In this document: piece by piece, positions 1 to 9,744 of the stretch | Layout: every line of letters begins with the position of its first letter | Position numbering within the stretch: the stretch's first letter is position 1 | Sequence record: PQ178821.1 | DNA length: 45,135 nucleotides | Strand: one strand, 5' to 3' | From: Escherichia phage BMA1 | Translations under genes and position numbers: made by a program | The notes under the pieces: generated by a model | The model's input: the letters and a program-made list of their open reading frames with translations, nothing else | What the model was told of the DNA's origin: nothing | Databases searched by the model: none

Positions 1-39
1 CAGCAGATAGCGATCAACTTTTTCATGCGCGTGATTAAT

Positions 40-80
40 ATTGGTTGCGTCCGTGCCAGCACCCTGATATATTGGTTGCA
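40..80 (+). promoter_or_regulatory. Two direct copies of ATTGGTTGC motif (40..48, 71..79) upstream of first + strand gene
   Basis: Same 9-10-mer recurs in many intergenic regions of this window; GAGGA RBS follows at 88..92. Confidence 0.4.
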
Positions 81-103
81 CATCAACATGAGGACTGAAC
101 AAA

Positions 104-580
104 ATGAAATTTCCAGTAATCATCAAAGACGGTAAATCAACTATCACCTTCACCAGCAACGACCACGGCACTTACGAGAGCGGCGCGGCTTGCATGTCCC
201 CCCTGGAAGATATGATGATTCGTGTTAATTCAGGTAAAGCCTCAATTATTACCACCCTCGCGGAGAGTACCAAAATGAAAGCATTAATCTGGAATTACAC
301 AATGGCGGTGGCGAAGCTGTACGAAGCGAAGCACACAAACGGCAACGCAGACGACGCGCGCCAGGTTGTTATCCTGGCCCAGCAGGGTATCATGCACGCG
401 TTCGACAATATGTTTGCCAGCCTGGACGAACTGGAGCCGTTGCGGGTGGCAATCTGCGAATATGCGATGGCTTTTGCCCGCGAGCGCCTGGCGTATCGCT
501 TCGGGGTCGGTGAGACGGCAGCGACAAACGTCGCCCGGATTGCCGCCCAGCGCGAACTAGTCGCCCAGCTTGCGAAATAA
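104..580 (+). CDS. hypothetical protein (158 aa)
   Basis: ORF with GAGGA RBS 12 nt upstream; no recognisable motif. Confidence 0.6.
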   Translation: MKFPVIIKDGKSTITFTSNDHGTYESGAACMSPLEDMMIRVNSGKASIITTLAESTKMKALIWNYTMAVAKLYEAKHTNGNADDARQVVILAQQGIMHAFDNMFASLDELEPLRVAICEYAMAFARERLAYRFGVGETAATNVARIAAQRELVAQLAK

Positions 581-589
581 GGGGCCAAA

Positions 590-859
590 ATGAGCCGTAG
601 ACGAGCAAAACAGCTTTCGTGGCATATTCCACTGCATTGCATACGAATATGGGCTGAGAATGCGGTTGAGGGCGATTCTGTGTTCTGGTGTTATCGCGAT
701 GATGTGAAGCCACTGACACAGACTCGCTATTTGCACCAGTTCGCAGCACAACACGATTTCAGGGTGCGGGCTTCCTTGCAACCAATGGGGATTCGTATTA
801 CATTACGCCGGAAGCCCGCCGTTGAGCGGGTAGGAAAACACTGGAGACTGAGCAAATGA
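590..859 (+). CDS. hypothetical protein (89 aa)
   Basis: ORF tightly packed after previous gene with AAGGGG RBS. Confidence 0.5.
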   Translation: MSRRRAKQLSWHIPLHCIRIWAENAVEGDSVFWCYRDDVKPLTQTRYLHQFAAQHDFRVRASLQPMGIRITLRRKPAVERVGKHWRLSK

Positions 860-999
860 CACCAGCACTAATGGCGGGCTTCTCGCAGAAGTTTATTTCT
901 GTTGATGCCTGCATAGCAGATTATGAGATGGACGGCATCGCTACTGTGTGCGATGGCGACACGAAAACTGCCGATGAGATTGAGGAGACTGAGCAATGA
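856..999 (+). CDS. small hypothetical protein (47 aa)
   Basis: ATGA stop/start overlaps at both ends (856 and 996); GGAGACTGAGCAA sequence precedes both this and the next start codon. Confidence 0.3.
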   Translation: MTPALMAGFSQKFISVDACIADYEMDGIATVCDGDTKTADEIEETEQ

Positions 1000-1553
1000 A
1001 ATTACTATTCCGCCGTAAGCACGATGGTCGCATCCTGAAGCCGATCCAGACCCTGGATTCCTACGTCCGCCTACAAAACGCGGCAGGCAATCGGGTCTGG
1101 TGGGCAAAGAAGGACAAGCTGCCAGAAAACTTCGATATTGTCACGCATGATATAGAGCGCGGCGATGTGCTGCGTGATATTCGCGACGGTAGTATGTGGA
1201 TCGTTGAATATGTCGGTCTTCATGGCCTGCGTATGCAATCCCGCAAGGATGGCGTAGCAGGTATGACTTACTTCGGGCTGGTCAACTACGAGCGAGTGGG
1301 CCGCAAATACAGCCTGCGCGACCGCCAGCCGCATGAGCGCGTTGAGTTCCGCAAGACCCAACACGCCTACGCAACCTACGACGCCCACCAGGTGCAAGCG
1401 AAGATGGGCCGCGCCGTACACCAAATCGTCAATCGCTTTGATGCCGTGACAAACGCACAGCGCCATGCGCAGGAATACGGCGTTGGATTCATCCGGGTAG
1501 AACGAGACGGCAGCATGAAGGCCATCGACCCGCGCTCGGTGATTCTGAAATGA
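996..1553 (+). CDS. hypothetical protein (185 aa)
   Basis: ORF with GGAG RBS, translationally coupled to neighbours. Confidence 0.6.
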   Translation: MKLLFRRKHDGRILKPIQTLDSYVRLQNAAGNRVWWAKKDKLPENFDIVTHDIERGDVLRDIRDGSMWIVEYVGLHGLRMQSRKDGVAGMTYFGLVNYERVGRKYSLRDRQPHERVEFRKTQHAYATYDAHQVQAKMGRAVHQIVNRFDAVTNAQRHAQEYGVGFIRVERDGSMKAIDPRSVILK

Positions 1554-1760
1554 GTGCGACGATCCGAGATATGCTTCAGCATAACCGCTTTGAGATAGGC
1601 GGTCGGGTATTTCGCAATTACTTCGTGGCGCGTGCATGGGCGCGCCATATTGGCAAACCGGAAGGGGCAATTCGATGTTATACGTCTTCGCGGTAGTATG
1701 TGGCGGTAGTCTGGCGGCCCTGGTGCTGTTGGCGTCGGTTATTAGTCTGGTTAAATACCT

Positions 1761-2060
1761 ATGGGGCAGATTATGATTCATGATGTGATTTATTGGTTTG
1801 GTATGGTCAGCATGTTATGCCTGGTTACGGGAGTGCTGGGCGCAATATGGGTATTCCTGATTTGGCCCGCGGTGGAAGCTGCCAGCATTACCCGCATGAC
1901 GTTCCAGATATACAAACGCCGCGGCATAACGGAGCACCCGACCAGGCTGCGCATGTGGTGGCTGTGGTATCGGGATATGATTGGGGGCCGGATGTTCGAG
2001 GCCGTCCGATCGGAAGGATGGGAGTGGAAAGGCGTCGGCAAGTGGTCCGTTTTCGATTAA
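1761..2060 (+). CDS. hypothetical membrane protein (99 aa)
   Basis: N-terminal hydrophobic segment in translation; start uncertain (alternative ATG at 1773). Confidence 0.45.
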   Translation: MGQIMIHDVIYWFGMVSMLCLVTGVLGAIWVFLIWPAVEAASITRMTFQIYKRRGITEHPTRLRMWWLWYRDMIGGRMFEAVRSEGWEWKGVGKWSVFD

Positions 2061-2077
2061 TTATGCAAGCGTGATAT

Positions 2078-2112
2078 AGTCCCAGTGAGATAAAACTTAC
2101 TGGGACTTTTTT
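2078..2112 (+). terminator. rho-independent terminator candidate
   Basis: AGTCCCAGT ... ACTGGGACT stem followed by TTTTTT. Confidence 0.55.
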
Positions 2113-2403
2113 ATGGATAAGCTAAACGAGTGGCTATTCGCCCTGGCATGTCTGGCGGGTGGCTTCGTAGGCGCACGCATTCATGGTGAGGCTACGAAGG
2201 GGCCGCTAAACTTCGTTTTGTATGTTGTAGTTGGCTTCCTGTGTGCCATATTTGGCGCACCGGCTATCGCTGAGGGGGCTGGTTTGTCGGGTGAGCGCAC
2301 TGTCGCCGGTTTGGGGTTTGTAACCGCGATCTTCTGGATGCCAATCGCCGACCGGATCAGGGAGACTATTGCGTCGTTCCGACTTCCGGGGGGTGCAAAA
2401 TGA
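2113..2403 (+). CDS. putative holin (membrane protein, 96 aa)
   Basis: Multiple hydrophobic helices; immediately upstream of the lysozyme gene. Confidence 0.5.
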   Translation: MDKLNEWLFALACLAGGFVGARIHGEATKGPLNFVLYVVVGFLCAIFGAPAIAEGAGLSGERTVAGLGFVTAIFWMPIADRIRETIASFRLPGGAK

Positions 2404-2645
2404 TTATCTCCGTCCTGTTGTTTGTTATCATCGGGGCTTCGTCCCTGTTTAACGTGTATGCGCCGTCCGTCCGGGATGGCTTTTTCGGTAGGGTGCTGTA
2501 TCTGCTAACAGCAATGACCTGTATTGTCGGGCTGTTGCAAACAGGAGACGTATCTGATACCACCTGGACCGCGTTAATCTGGCTGTTTGCATTGCGCACC
2601 CTGCGTAATGCTGTTTTGAATGGGGTAAAACATGCGATTCAGTGA
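2400..2645 (+). CDS. membrane protein, holin/antiholin candidate (81 aa)
   Basis: Two hydrophobic segments; ATGA overlap with previous gene; overlaps endolysin start. Confidence 0.45.
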   Translation: MIISVLLFVIIGASSLFNVYAPSVRDGFFGRVLYLLTAMTCIVGLLQTGDVSDTTWTALIWLFALRTLRNAVLNGVKHAIQ

Positions 2646-3123
2646 TAACGGTCTACGATTTACGGCAGCATGGGAGGCTTTCAGCCCGGTGCCGTATTTC
2701 GCGACCAAGAAAGAGCAGGCCCGCGGCCTGTACACCTGGGGCTATGGGCATACTGGCACTAACCCGCCTCGAAGCATTACCCGCGCGGAAGCGCTGGAGC
2801 TACTCAAGCGAGATGTGGCGTATGCTGAAAACTGGGTGAACAAGTACGCACACCCGAGCATCAATCAGGCGCAATTCGACGCGCTGGTGGATCTGGTCAT
2901 CAATGCCGGTCCTGGTCCGATCATGCCGGACGACGTCGCCGGTGACTTCGACGATGCGGTCCGACTGGGAGACTGGGCGAAGGTCCGTGCTACTCTGCCA
3001 CAGTTCCGCAAGCAAGGCGGGGAAGTGCTGAAGGGGTTAGTCCGTCGATCAATCGGCAGACAGGCGTTGTTTGATGGTAAGCAGTGGGACGTTGCCGAGC
3101 GAATCGGTCGTAACGCGGTATAA
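2632..3123 (+). CDS. endolysin, T4-type lysozyme-like (163 aa)
   Basis: N-terminal E...YTWGYGHTG segment resembling the lysozyme catalytic region; position after holin candidates. Confidence 0.8.
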   Translation: MRFSDNGLRFTAAWEAFSPVPYFATKKEQARGLYTWGYGHTGTNPPRSITRAEALELLKRDVAYAENWVNKYAHPSINQAQFDALVDLVINAGPGPIMPDDVAGDFDDAVRLGDWAKVRATLPQFRKQGGEVLKGLVRRSIGRQALFDGKQWDVAERIGRNAV

Positions 3124-3139
3124 TACGGGGTGACACGAT

Positions 3140-3307
3140 ATGTTAAAAAGTATTCTTGATCATAATGCGGACGCGCTTGCCGCACTGGCTAAAACCGAAG
3201 ATCCGGGCGCTCGCGCTATCATCGCGGACTCTATCAACCACGCTGGGGTCTTCGATGCGAAGCTGCCAAGCCCACCACCGCAGGAGGAATCTGGTCCTGC
3301 AGCGTAA
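3140..3307 (+). CDS. small hypothetical protein (55 aa)
   Basis: Short ORF between endolysin and terminator; no TM segment. Confidence 0.3.
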   Translation: MLKSILDHNADALAALAKTEDPGARAIIADSINHAGVFDAKLPSPPPQEESGPAA

Positions 3308-3314
3308 ACAATCA

Positions 3315-3339
3315 AGCCCGGTATTATCCGGGCTTTTTA
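3315..3339 (+). terminator. rho-independent terminator candidate
   Basis: AAGCCCGG ... CCGGGCTT stem plus TTTTT. Confidence 0.5.
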
Positions 3340-3399
3340 TTGCCCACCTCAATAAGTCCCATGATATATTGTCCCCGGACCCATAATCAGGAAGTAATT

Positions 3400-4542
3400 A
3401 TGCACCCGCAAACTAAAATCACAGACGAGCAATTGATTGCTGAATTACAATCCGGCGCTACATCGAAAGATATTGCGAAGAAATACGGGATTGCCCTACG
3501 CAATGTTTATATGCGGAAAGCCCGCCTATCGAAAAAAGGCATTGGACACGGCAACGATGCCGTAATCCGCAAGCGCGTTGCCGATGGCTTTGGGGTTAAG
3601 CGCGTATCGGCCCTGGTGCGCGGCAATGGTGAAGAGGTCATGTCGTGGGTCATCACTGAGCAGGACAAAGAGCGCCAACTCGAAGCCATGCGCGCTGTTG
3701 TCGAGGGTATGAACAGCGAAATCACACCGGCAGCGCCAGTAAAAGCCCCGCCAGTACCGATCCAGGCGCTCGACTTGCTCAACCTGTACACCGTGTCAGA
3801 CTTCCACCTGGGCATGTTGGCATGGGGCGAGGAGACTGGCGAAGATTGGGATATGGCGATCGCCGAAGACCTGTTCTACCGCTGGTTTGTCGAAGCCTTC
3901 GCACGCGCCCCGGACGCAGGCACTGCCGTAATTAATATCCTCGGTGATATGGCCCACTTTGATAGCCTCGATGCTGTCACTCCGGCAAGTGGTCACATAT
4001 TGGACGCCGACACCCGCTACCAGAAACTGGTCCGATACATGATTCGCATGGTGCGAAACGTCGTCGAACTGGCGCTGCAAAAACACCACAAAGTCAAACT
4101 GCTAATCGTCCAGGGAAATCATGACGAGTCGGGTATGATTTGGCTTGCGGAAATGTTCAATACTCTGTATGAGAACGAGCCGCGCGTCGATGTGGATACG
4201 TCGCCGGATGTCTACAAAATGGTGCAGCACGGTAAAACCACGCTATTCTTCCACCACGGGCACAAAGCGCGCTTCGATGCTATCGAAACCGTCATGATTT
4301 CTAAATTCAGACAGGCTTTCGGGTCCAGCGAGTACAGCTACGCGCATGTAGGCCACTTGCACCACCAGAAGATTGTTGAATCCCGCAACATGATTGTTGA
4401 GCAGCACCGGACCCTAGCCGCGAAGGACGCATATGCCAGTCGTGGCGGTTGGATGTCCGGTCGCAGTGCCAACGTAATCACCTACAGCGCCAACTACGGC
4501 GAAGTAGCGCGCTTAACCATTAGCCCGGAAATGTTGAAATGA
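3400..4542 (+). CDS. HTH domain fused to calcineurin-like metallophosphoesterase (380 aa from ATG 3400)
   Basis: N-terminal helix-turn-helix-like segment; DFHLG, GDMAHFD, GNHD, HHGH, GHLHH motifs in the order typical of metallophosphoesterases; AGGAAG RBS before ATG 3400. Confidence 0.6.
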   Translation: MHPQTKITDEQLIAELQSGATSKDIAKKYGIALRNVYMRKARLSKKGIGHGNDAVIRKRVADGFGVKRVSALVRGNGEEVMSWVITEQDKERQLEAMRAVVEGMNSEITPAAPVKAPPVPIQALDLLNLYTVSDFHLGMLAWGEETGEDWDMAIAEDLFYRWFVEAFARAPDAGTAVINILGDMAHFDSLDAVTPASGHILDADTRYQKLVRYMIRMVRNVVELALQKHHKVKLLIVQGNHDESGMIWLAEMFNTLYENEPRVDVDTSPDVYKMVQHGKTTLFFHHGHKARFDAIETVMISKFRQAFGSSEYSYAHVGHLHHQKIVESRNMIVEQHRTLAAKDAYASRGGWMSGRSANVITYSANYGEVARLTISPEMLK

Positions 4543-4751
4543 TCAGACAAGTATTCATGAGCACGCAGGCGGACCGCCTGAAGGAACTACGCAAGCAACT
4601 CGAAGGCTTACGCCGATTCGAGCGAACGGCAGCGGCAATCGGCATGTCAATCAGTGAGCGGATCGAGATACTATCGCAAATACGCTACACAGAAGGCGCT
4701 ATAAGCGAAGTAGAAAGCATGTTAACCCGATACTACGGTCGCGCCGTTTAA
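4539..4751 (+). CDS. hypothetical protein (70 aa)
   Basis: ATGA overlap with upstream gene. Confidence 0.45.
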   Translation: MIRQVFMSTQADRLKELRKQLEGLRRFERTAAAIGMSISERIEILSQIRYTEGAISEVESMLTRYYGRAV

Positions 4752-4758
4752 CCCTCCT

Positions 4759-4784
4759 AGCCCGCCGATTTGGTGGGCTTTTTT
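4759..4784 (+). terminator. rho-independent terminator candidate
   Basis: AGCCCGCC / GGTGGGCT stem followed by TTTTTT. Confidence 0.5.
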
Positions 4785-4846
4785 GTGCCTGTTATAATCC
4801 CCTTAGATGGCAGGGCCGTCTCCTATGTTGCCGATGGTCGGCGCAT

Positions 4847-5419
4847 ATGCACAAAAGGGCTTATATCATGGCAGAAATTAAAGTTAAAGGCCGTCGCGCT
4901 AAACTGGACGGACGAGTAGCAGTTACCCCGCGCCGTAAACCAGGCGAGCAAACCGAGCATACCAATCTCGGACCTGAAATCGAGTACGGAAAGCGCCGTA
5001 AAGGCGGCAAATGTGGACGCCCTACTGACTACCGATCCGTTTACTGCGACCAGCTTCGCCGCTATTTTGCCGACGCCGACGCCTGGCAGGTAAACTACTC
5101 CGATAAAGGCGCTGCGCAAGTAATCCCCCGCAACAAAATGCCAACCTTCGGTCGATTTGCCGCGGAAATCGGTGTGGGAGTAGCTTGCCTGTATCGCTGG
5201 GCGCGCGCACATGAGGAGTTCGCCGAGGCGATGGCTGACGCGATGGAGTTGCAGAAAACCTTCCTGATGGAAGCTGGCGGCGTGACCATCGCGGCGGGCT
5301 TCGCCACGTTCCTGCTTAAAGCCAACCACGGCGTCCGCGACGATACCCCACTGGATGACGACGAAGATGATAACGGCGACGTCGTTGTCGAACCTACCGG
5401 CAAAGGCCAGGGCGAATAA
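4847..5419 (+). CDS. terminase small subunit candidate (190 aa; start may be ATG 4868)
   Basis: HTH-like segment FGRFAAEIGVGVACLYRW, acidic C-terminus, directly upstream of and overlapping the large terminase gene. Confidence 0.55.
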   Translation: MHKRAYIMAEIKVKGRRAKLDGRVAVTPRRKPGEQTEHTNLGPEIEYGKRRKGGKCGRPTDYRSVYCDQLRRYFADADAWQVNYSDKGAAQVIPRNKMPTFGRFAAEIGVGVACLYRWARAHEEFAEAMADAMELQKTFLMEAGGVTIAAGFATFLLKANHGVRDDTPLDDDEDDNGDVVVEPTGKGQGE

Positions 5420-6804
5420 TGCGTAACTATGTGGCAGAACACCGCGCACTCGAACGCGCGATTGCAAAGCGCAACCGACCGCCGCGCCCTACGCGTGTTG
5501 CGCAGGCTGTCCGCCTTTACCAACCTGATTGCCTTCCGCACCAGGTTGAACTACTGCGTGACACGAAGACTAAAATCCTCGGCCTGTGTTCCGGCTTCGG
5601 TGGTGGAAAGTCGTGGGTCGCGGCGCGAAAGGTCATCCAGCTTTTAACACTGAACCCCGGCCATGATGGCATCGTGACAGAACCTACTATTCCACTTCTG
5701 GTCAAAATCATGTACCCGGAATTGGAAAAGGCGTTTGATGAGGCTGGATTCCGGTGGAAGTTCAATAAGCAGGACAAGATTTATAGCGTGCTGGTGAAAG
5801 GCAAATGGACCCGCGTTATCTGTGAATCAATGGAGAACTATACCCGCCTTATCGGGGTCAACGCCGCGTGGATTGTTGCCGATGAATTCGACACCACTAA
5901 GCAAGACGTCGCGCTGGCGGCATATCACAAATTGCTCGGTCGTCTGCGTGCTGGCTTCGTCCGCCAGTTCGTCATCGTGTCAACGCCTGAAGGCTACCGG
6001 GCGATGTACCAAATTTTCGAGGTGGAGAAGGATAGCCAAAAACGCTTGATCCGGGCGAAGACCACGGACAACCACCATTTACCAGCAGACTTTATCGACA
6101 CGCTGCGCAGTCAGTACCCGGCTAACCTGATTGATGCGTACCTGAACGGCCTGTTTGTTAACCTTACGTCGGGCGCGGTGTACAAGATGTTCAACCGCGA
6201 GGAGAACGCCAGCACCGAAGAAGTGCAGCCGGACGACACGCTGATTATCGGTATGGACTTTAACGTCACGAAGATGGCGGCGGTTGTGTATGTCAGACGG
6301 CAGCGAGTCACCGAGAACAAGGAGTTCCGTGACGAGATTCACGCGGTGGATGAATTTGTGGACCTGTTTGACACCCCGGCTATGATTGAGGCGATCGAAG
6401 AGCGCTACCCGGAACATTGTGCCGCCGGTAGGGTCGTCGTTTACCCGGATAGCAGTGGCAAATCCCGCAAGACGGTCAACGCGTCGTCGTCCGATATCGC
6501 ACAACTGGAAGACGCGGGCTTCGAGGTGGAGTATGACAGTGTTAACCCACCTGTGAAAGACCGATTGATCGCGATGAATACGATGATGTGCAACTCGAAG
6601 GGCGTGCGCCAGTATTTTGTCAACCTGGATAAATGCCCTACACTAGCGAAATGTCTGGAACAGCAGGTTTACGACCTGAAGAAAGGCGAGCCGGATAAAA
6701 CCGCCGGGGTGGACCACATGAACGATGCCGCGGGCTATCCAATTGCGCACCTGTTCCCAGTGATTCGCCCAATCGCCGTTGTTCCAACTGTAGACTTCTA
6801 CTAA
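5419..6804 (+). CDS. terminase large subunit (461 aa)
   Basis: Walker A-like GFGGGKS near N-terminus, size and position ahead of portal. Confidence 0.9.
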   Translation: MRNYVAEHRALERAIAKRNRPPRPTRVAQAVRLYQPDCLPHQVELLRDTKTKILGLCSGFGGGKSWVAARKVIQLLTLNPGHDGIVTEPTIPLLVKIMYPELEKAFDEAGFRWKFNKQDKIYSVLVKGKWTRVICESMENYTRLIGVNAAWIVADEFDTTKQDVALAAYHKLLGRLRAGFVRQFVIVSTPEGYRAMYQIFEVEKDSQKRLIRAKTTDNHHLPADFIDTLRSQYPANLIDAYLNGLFVNLTSGAVYKMFNREENASTEEVQPDDTLIIGMDFNVTKMAAVVYVRRQRVTENKEFRDEIHAVDEFVDLFDTPAMIEAIEERYPEHCAAGRVVVYPDSSGKSRKTVNASSSDIAQLEDAGFEVEYDSVNPPVKDRLIAMNTMMCNSKGVRQYFVNLDKCPTLAKCLEQQVYDLKKGEPDKTAGVDHMNDAAGYPIAHLFPVIRPIAVVPTVDFY

Positions 6805-6814
6805 GGAAACGACC

Positions 6815-8335
6815 ATGACCGTTAACGTTGATAACCAGCACCCACTTTATGCGCGCATCGCGCCAGAGTGGAAGATGATCCGCGATTGTGTAGCAGGGGA
6901 GCGCGCCGTGAAGGCGTGCGGCCCCTTGTACCTGCCACACCCAGCCAGTGGCGACAACACTGACCCGAAAGCACGGGCGCGGTATAAGGCGTACAAGCAA
7001 CGCGCTGTATTCCTGAACGCCACCGCCCGCACACTTAACGCGCTGTTAGGCGTTGCCTTTGCAAAACCGGTAAGTCTGGACCTTTCCGGGGCGATGGCGG
7101 ACCTGATTGATGACGTAGACGGCAGCGGTATGCCTCTGCCGCAACTCCTGCGCGGTGCTATGTCGGAAGTGCTGCAATCAGGACGTGCGGGATTTATGGT
7201 CGACTATGACCGCCAGGCGCATTTTGATGAACTGGGTAACGTAGTGCCGCAGACCGCCGCCGAGATGGCGTCACACCGCCCGCTTATCCGCCTGTACTCG
7301 GCAGAACAGATCATCAACTGGCGGCAGACCCACGGCGTAGATACGCTAATTGTGCTGAAGGAAACGGACGAAATCAGCACCGAAGACCCGGACGATTTCG
7401 CAAACCACGAAGTAACAATCTGGACCGAGCTTCGCATGATTGACGGCAAGGCACACGCCCGCCGCTGGTTTTATAACGCGGACACGTCCGAGGTGCAAAT
7501 GGACTTGCCGCGTGGATTCACCCGCACCGACCTGGTGCCGCTGGTGGATGCCGCCGGTAATGCGCTGACACAACTTCCGTTTTGCTGGTGTGGCGCGGTG
7601 GACAACAACGCGACGCCAGACGCCGCTCCGCTGGCAGATATCGCATCCATCAACATTAAGCACTACAACGCCGAAGCGGACGTCGCCGAGATCGCGCATA
7701 TCGTGGGCCAACCTACCCTGGTTGCGACGGGCTTGACTCAATCATGGGCGGACAAAAACCTGAAAGGCGGCATCGCTCTCGGAGCGACTAAGGGCGTTAT
7801 TCTTGGTCAGAACATGGATGCTAAACTGATCCAGGCCGAGGAGCGCAACTTGTCTGTTGCACTGTGTGAGCGACGCGAATTGCAAATGGCTAAACTGGGC
7901 GCGGCCCTGGTCGAGAAGGGGACCGCACCTAAGACGGCAACTGAAGCGGCCTACGATGCGCAGACTGATAACAGTATCCTGTCGCTGATTGCCGGTAACG
8001 TCGAGAAGGCTTTCAACCGCGCGCTGCAAATCGTCAAGCTGTTCACGGGCGACACAGCAGATCAACGCGTAACGCTGAATAAGTTCTACACCGAAATCAC
8101 GGTTGACGCTCAGCTTATGACCGCAATGATGGCTGGTGTGCAGACCGGTACGGTCCGTCTGGCAGACTTTATCAAGTGGATGATGGCCCAGGGCGTTATT
8201 GACGACTCGCAAACCGTCGAGCAGGTGGAAGACGAACTGCGAAATCAGAATCCATTGCCTCAAATGTCCCCTGATGCGGTAGAATCTACCGAAGAAGACC
8301 CGGACAAGGTAGCGGACAATGGCGAAGACAATTAA
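6815..8335 (+). CDS. portal protein (506 aa)
   Basis: Size and conserved position between large terminase and head morphogenesis gene. Confidence 0.8.
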   Translation: MTVNVDNQHPLYARIAPEWKMIRDCVAGERAVKACGPLYLPHPASGDNTDPKARARYKAYKQRAVFLNATARTLNALLGVAFAKPVSLDLSGAMADLIDDVDGSGMPLPQLLRGAMSEVLQSGRAGFMVDYDRQAHFDELGNVVPQTAAEMASHRPLIRLYSAEQIINWRQTHGVDTLIVLKETDEISTEDPDDFANHEVTIWTELRMIDGKAHARRWFYNADTSEVQMDLPRGFTRTDLVPLVDAAGNALTQLPFCWCGAVDNNATPDAAPLADIASINIKHYNAEADVAEIAHIVGQPTLVATGLTQSWADKNLKGGIALGATKGVILGQNMDAKLIQAEERNLSVALCERRELQMAKLGAALVEKGTAPKTATEAAYDAQTDNSILSLIAGNVEKAFNRALQIVKLFTGDTADQRVTLNKFYTEITVDAQLMTAMMAGVQTGTVRLADFIKWMMAQGVIDDSQTVEQVEDELRNQNPLPQMSPDAVESTEEDPDKVADNGEDN

Positions 8336-9422
8336 TCAATATATGGCGGATCGAATGATTCGCCGACACATCTTCACCCAGCGCCTGAGTAATGACCAGG
8401 CGCGAAGGGTGCTGTCCATGTGGGAGAAGTTCCGGCCTACATTACTGGGAAAGCTGACCGAGTTGCTTGATGGCAAATCGTCAATGAACAACAAGGCACT
8501 TTCCACCCTGCTAACGCAAATCGACAAGACCGTAAAAACGGAACTGCGCACCGAGTTTAAGGCGTTGGCTGAAAGCCTTCAGGAGTTTGCAGACACGGAG
8601 GCTGATTATCTCGCCGACACATTAACGGCAGCGATCCAGCCGGTGGTCGCCGTACCTGCGGTTGAGGTGGTGGGTGTTGTGACAGGCGCGCAGATTGCAG
8701 CGACTGCAATGAAAAACCCGTTCCAGGGAAACACCATGATGCAGTGGCCTGATTCACTTTCTGAGTGGACCAGGACGCAGATCGGTAACCAGGTGCGAGC
8801 GGGATTCATCCAGGGCAAGCCAACGATGGAAATTATCGCGGACGTGAGGCGCGCGCTAGGTGGTCGTAGTGCGCAAGCTATCTCGAGCGTTGTTAAGTCC
8901 GCAGTCAACCACTATGCGGCGACAGCCCGCGAATTAATGGTAAAAGCTAATGACGATATTCTCGAAGGTCGCCAATGGTTATCTACATTGGACACTCATA
9001 CTTCTCCCATGTGCCAGCTACGCGATCGCCTGTTTTATCCGGTTGATGTTACTCCCGACACCAAAGGAAAGCGCGGCGGGAAAGTGGTGGCTGGATCACA
9101 ATATGGCGCTGGTCCGGGCAAGTTGCATTATTGCTGCCGGTCGACGGAGACGTGGAAAGTCAAGGGCATGGAAGATTGGCCCAGTGGTAAGCGTCCGGCA
9201 CTGAAGGCTGACGCGGGTAGATTGCTGAGTGAGCAGGTAGACGCGCAGACTGATTTCTTCTCATGGGTGCAGCGCCAGCCGCGCCATATCCTGGAAGAAC
9301 TATACGGAGTGCAACGCGCCGACCAGATTATGCGCGGCGTGAAAGTGCCGAAGATGTTCACCGATTCAGGTGAACTGATGACTATCGCACAGCTTAAAAA
9401 CCGGGGGTTATGGCGTGATTAA
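8319..9422 (+). CDS. head morphogenesis protein (Mu F / SPP1 gp7-like minor head protein, 367 aa)
   Basis: Position after portal; conserved-looking HYCCRS segment. Confidence 0.75.
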   Translation: MAKTINQYMADRMIRRHIFTQRLSNDQARRVLSMWEKFRPTLLGKLTELLDGKSSMNNKALSTLLTQIDKTVKTELRTEFKALAESLQEFADTEADYLADTLTAAIQPVVAVPAVEVVGVVTGAQIAATAMKNPFQGNTMMQWPDSLSEWTRTQIGNQVRAGFIQGKPTMEIIADVRRALGGRSAQAISSVVKSAVNHYAATARELMVKANDDILEGRQWLSTLDTHTSPMCQLRDRLFYPVDVTPDTKGKRGGKVVAGSQYGAGPGKLHYCCRSTETWKVKGMEDWPSGKRPALKADAGRLLSEQVDAQTDFFSWVQRQPRHILEELYGVQRADQIMRGVKVPKMFTDSGELMTIAQLKNRGLWRD

Positions 9423-9744
9423 ATATGCAGCGATTGGACTGGTTATCGGTCTGGCGGTAGGATTCTGGCTAGGTGACTCCTATCGCGCTGGCGTAGTGGC
9501 GGAGGCGGCGCAAGAAGCGCAAGCCCAAGCCCAACGGCAGCAAACTAAAGTTGTTGAGCGCTCCGTGCAGGCCGAACAGGCCCGCGACGTAGAATACCGG
9601 ACTATCACGAAAGAGGTTGTTAAATATGTTACGCGCCCTAACCGCCCTGATTGTAGTTTTGATGCTGAGCGCGTGCGGATCAAGCAACGTGCCGTTGATG
9701 CCGCTAACGGAGTCGGCACTGCGACCGCCGTGCAAGTTCGATAG
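9415..9744 (+). CDS. i-spanin (Rz-like, 109 aa, GTG start)
   Basis: N-terminal TM helix (AAIGLVIGLAVGFWLG) followed by charged coiled-coil-like region; overlapped by lipoprotein ORF in another frame. Confidence 0.6.
   Translation: MIKYAAIGLVIGLAVGFWLGDSYRAGVVAEAAQEAQAQAQRQQTKVVERSVQAEQARDVEYRTITKEVVKYVTRPNRPDCSFDAERVRIKQRAVDAANGVGTATAVQVR

Noticed and set aside
1071-1781. 236-aa ORF on the - strand
   Set aside because: Lies antisense to the well-supported + strand genes at 996..1553 and neighbours; no RBS; likely a GC-rich antisense artifact.
4823-5467. 214-aa ORF on the - strand
   Set aside because: Antisense to the terminase small subunit candidate and the 5' end of the large terminase gene.
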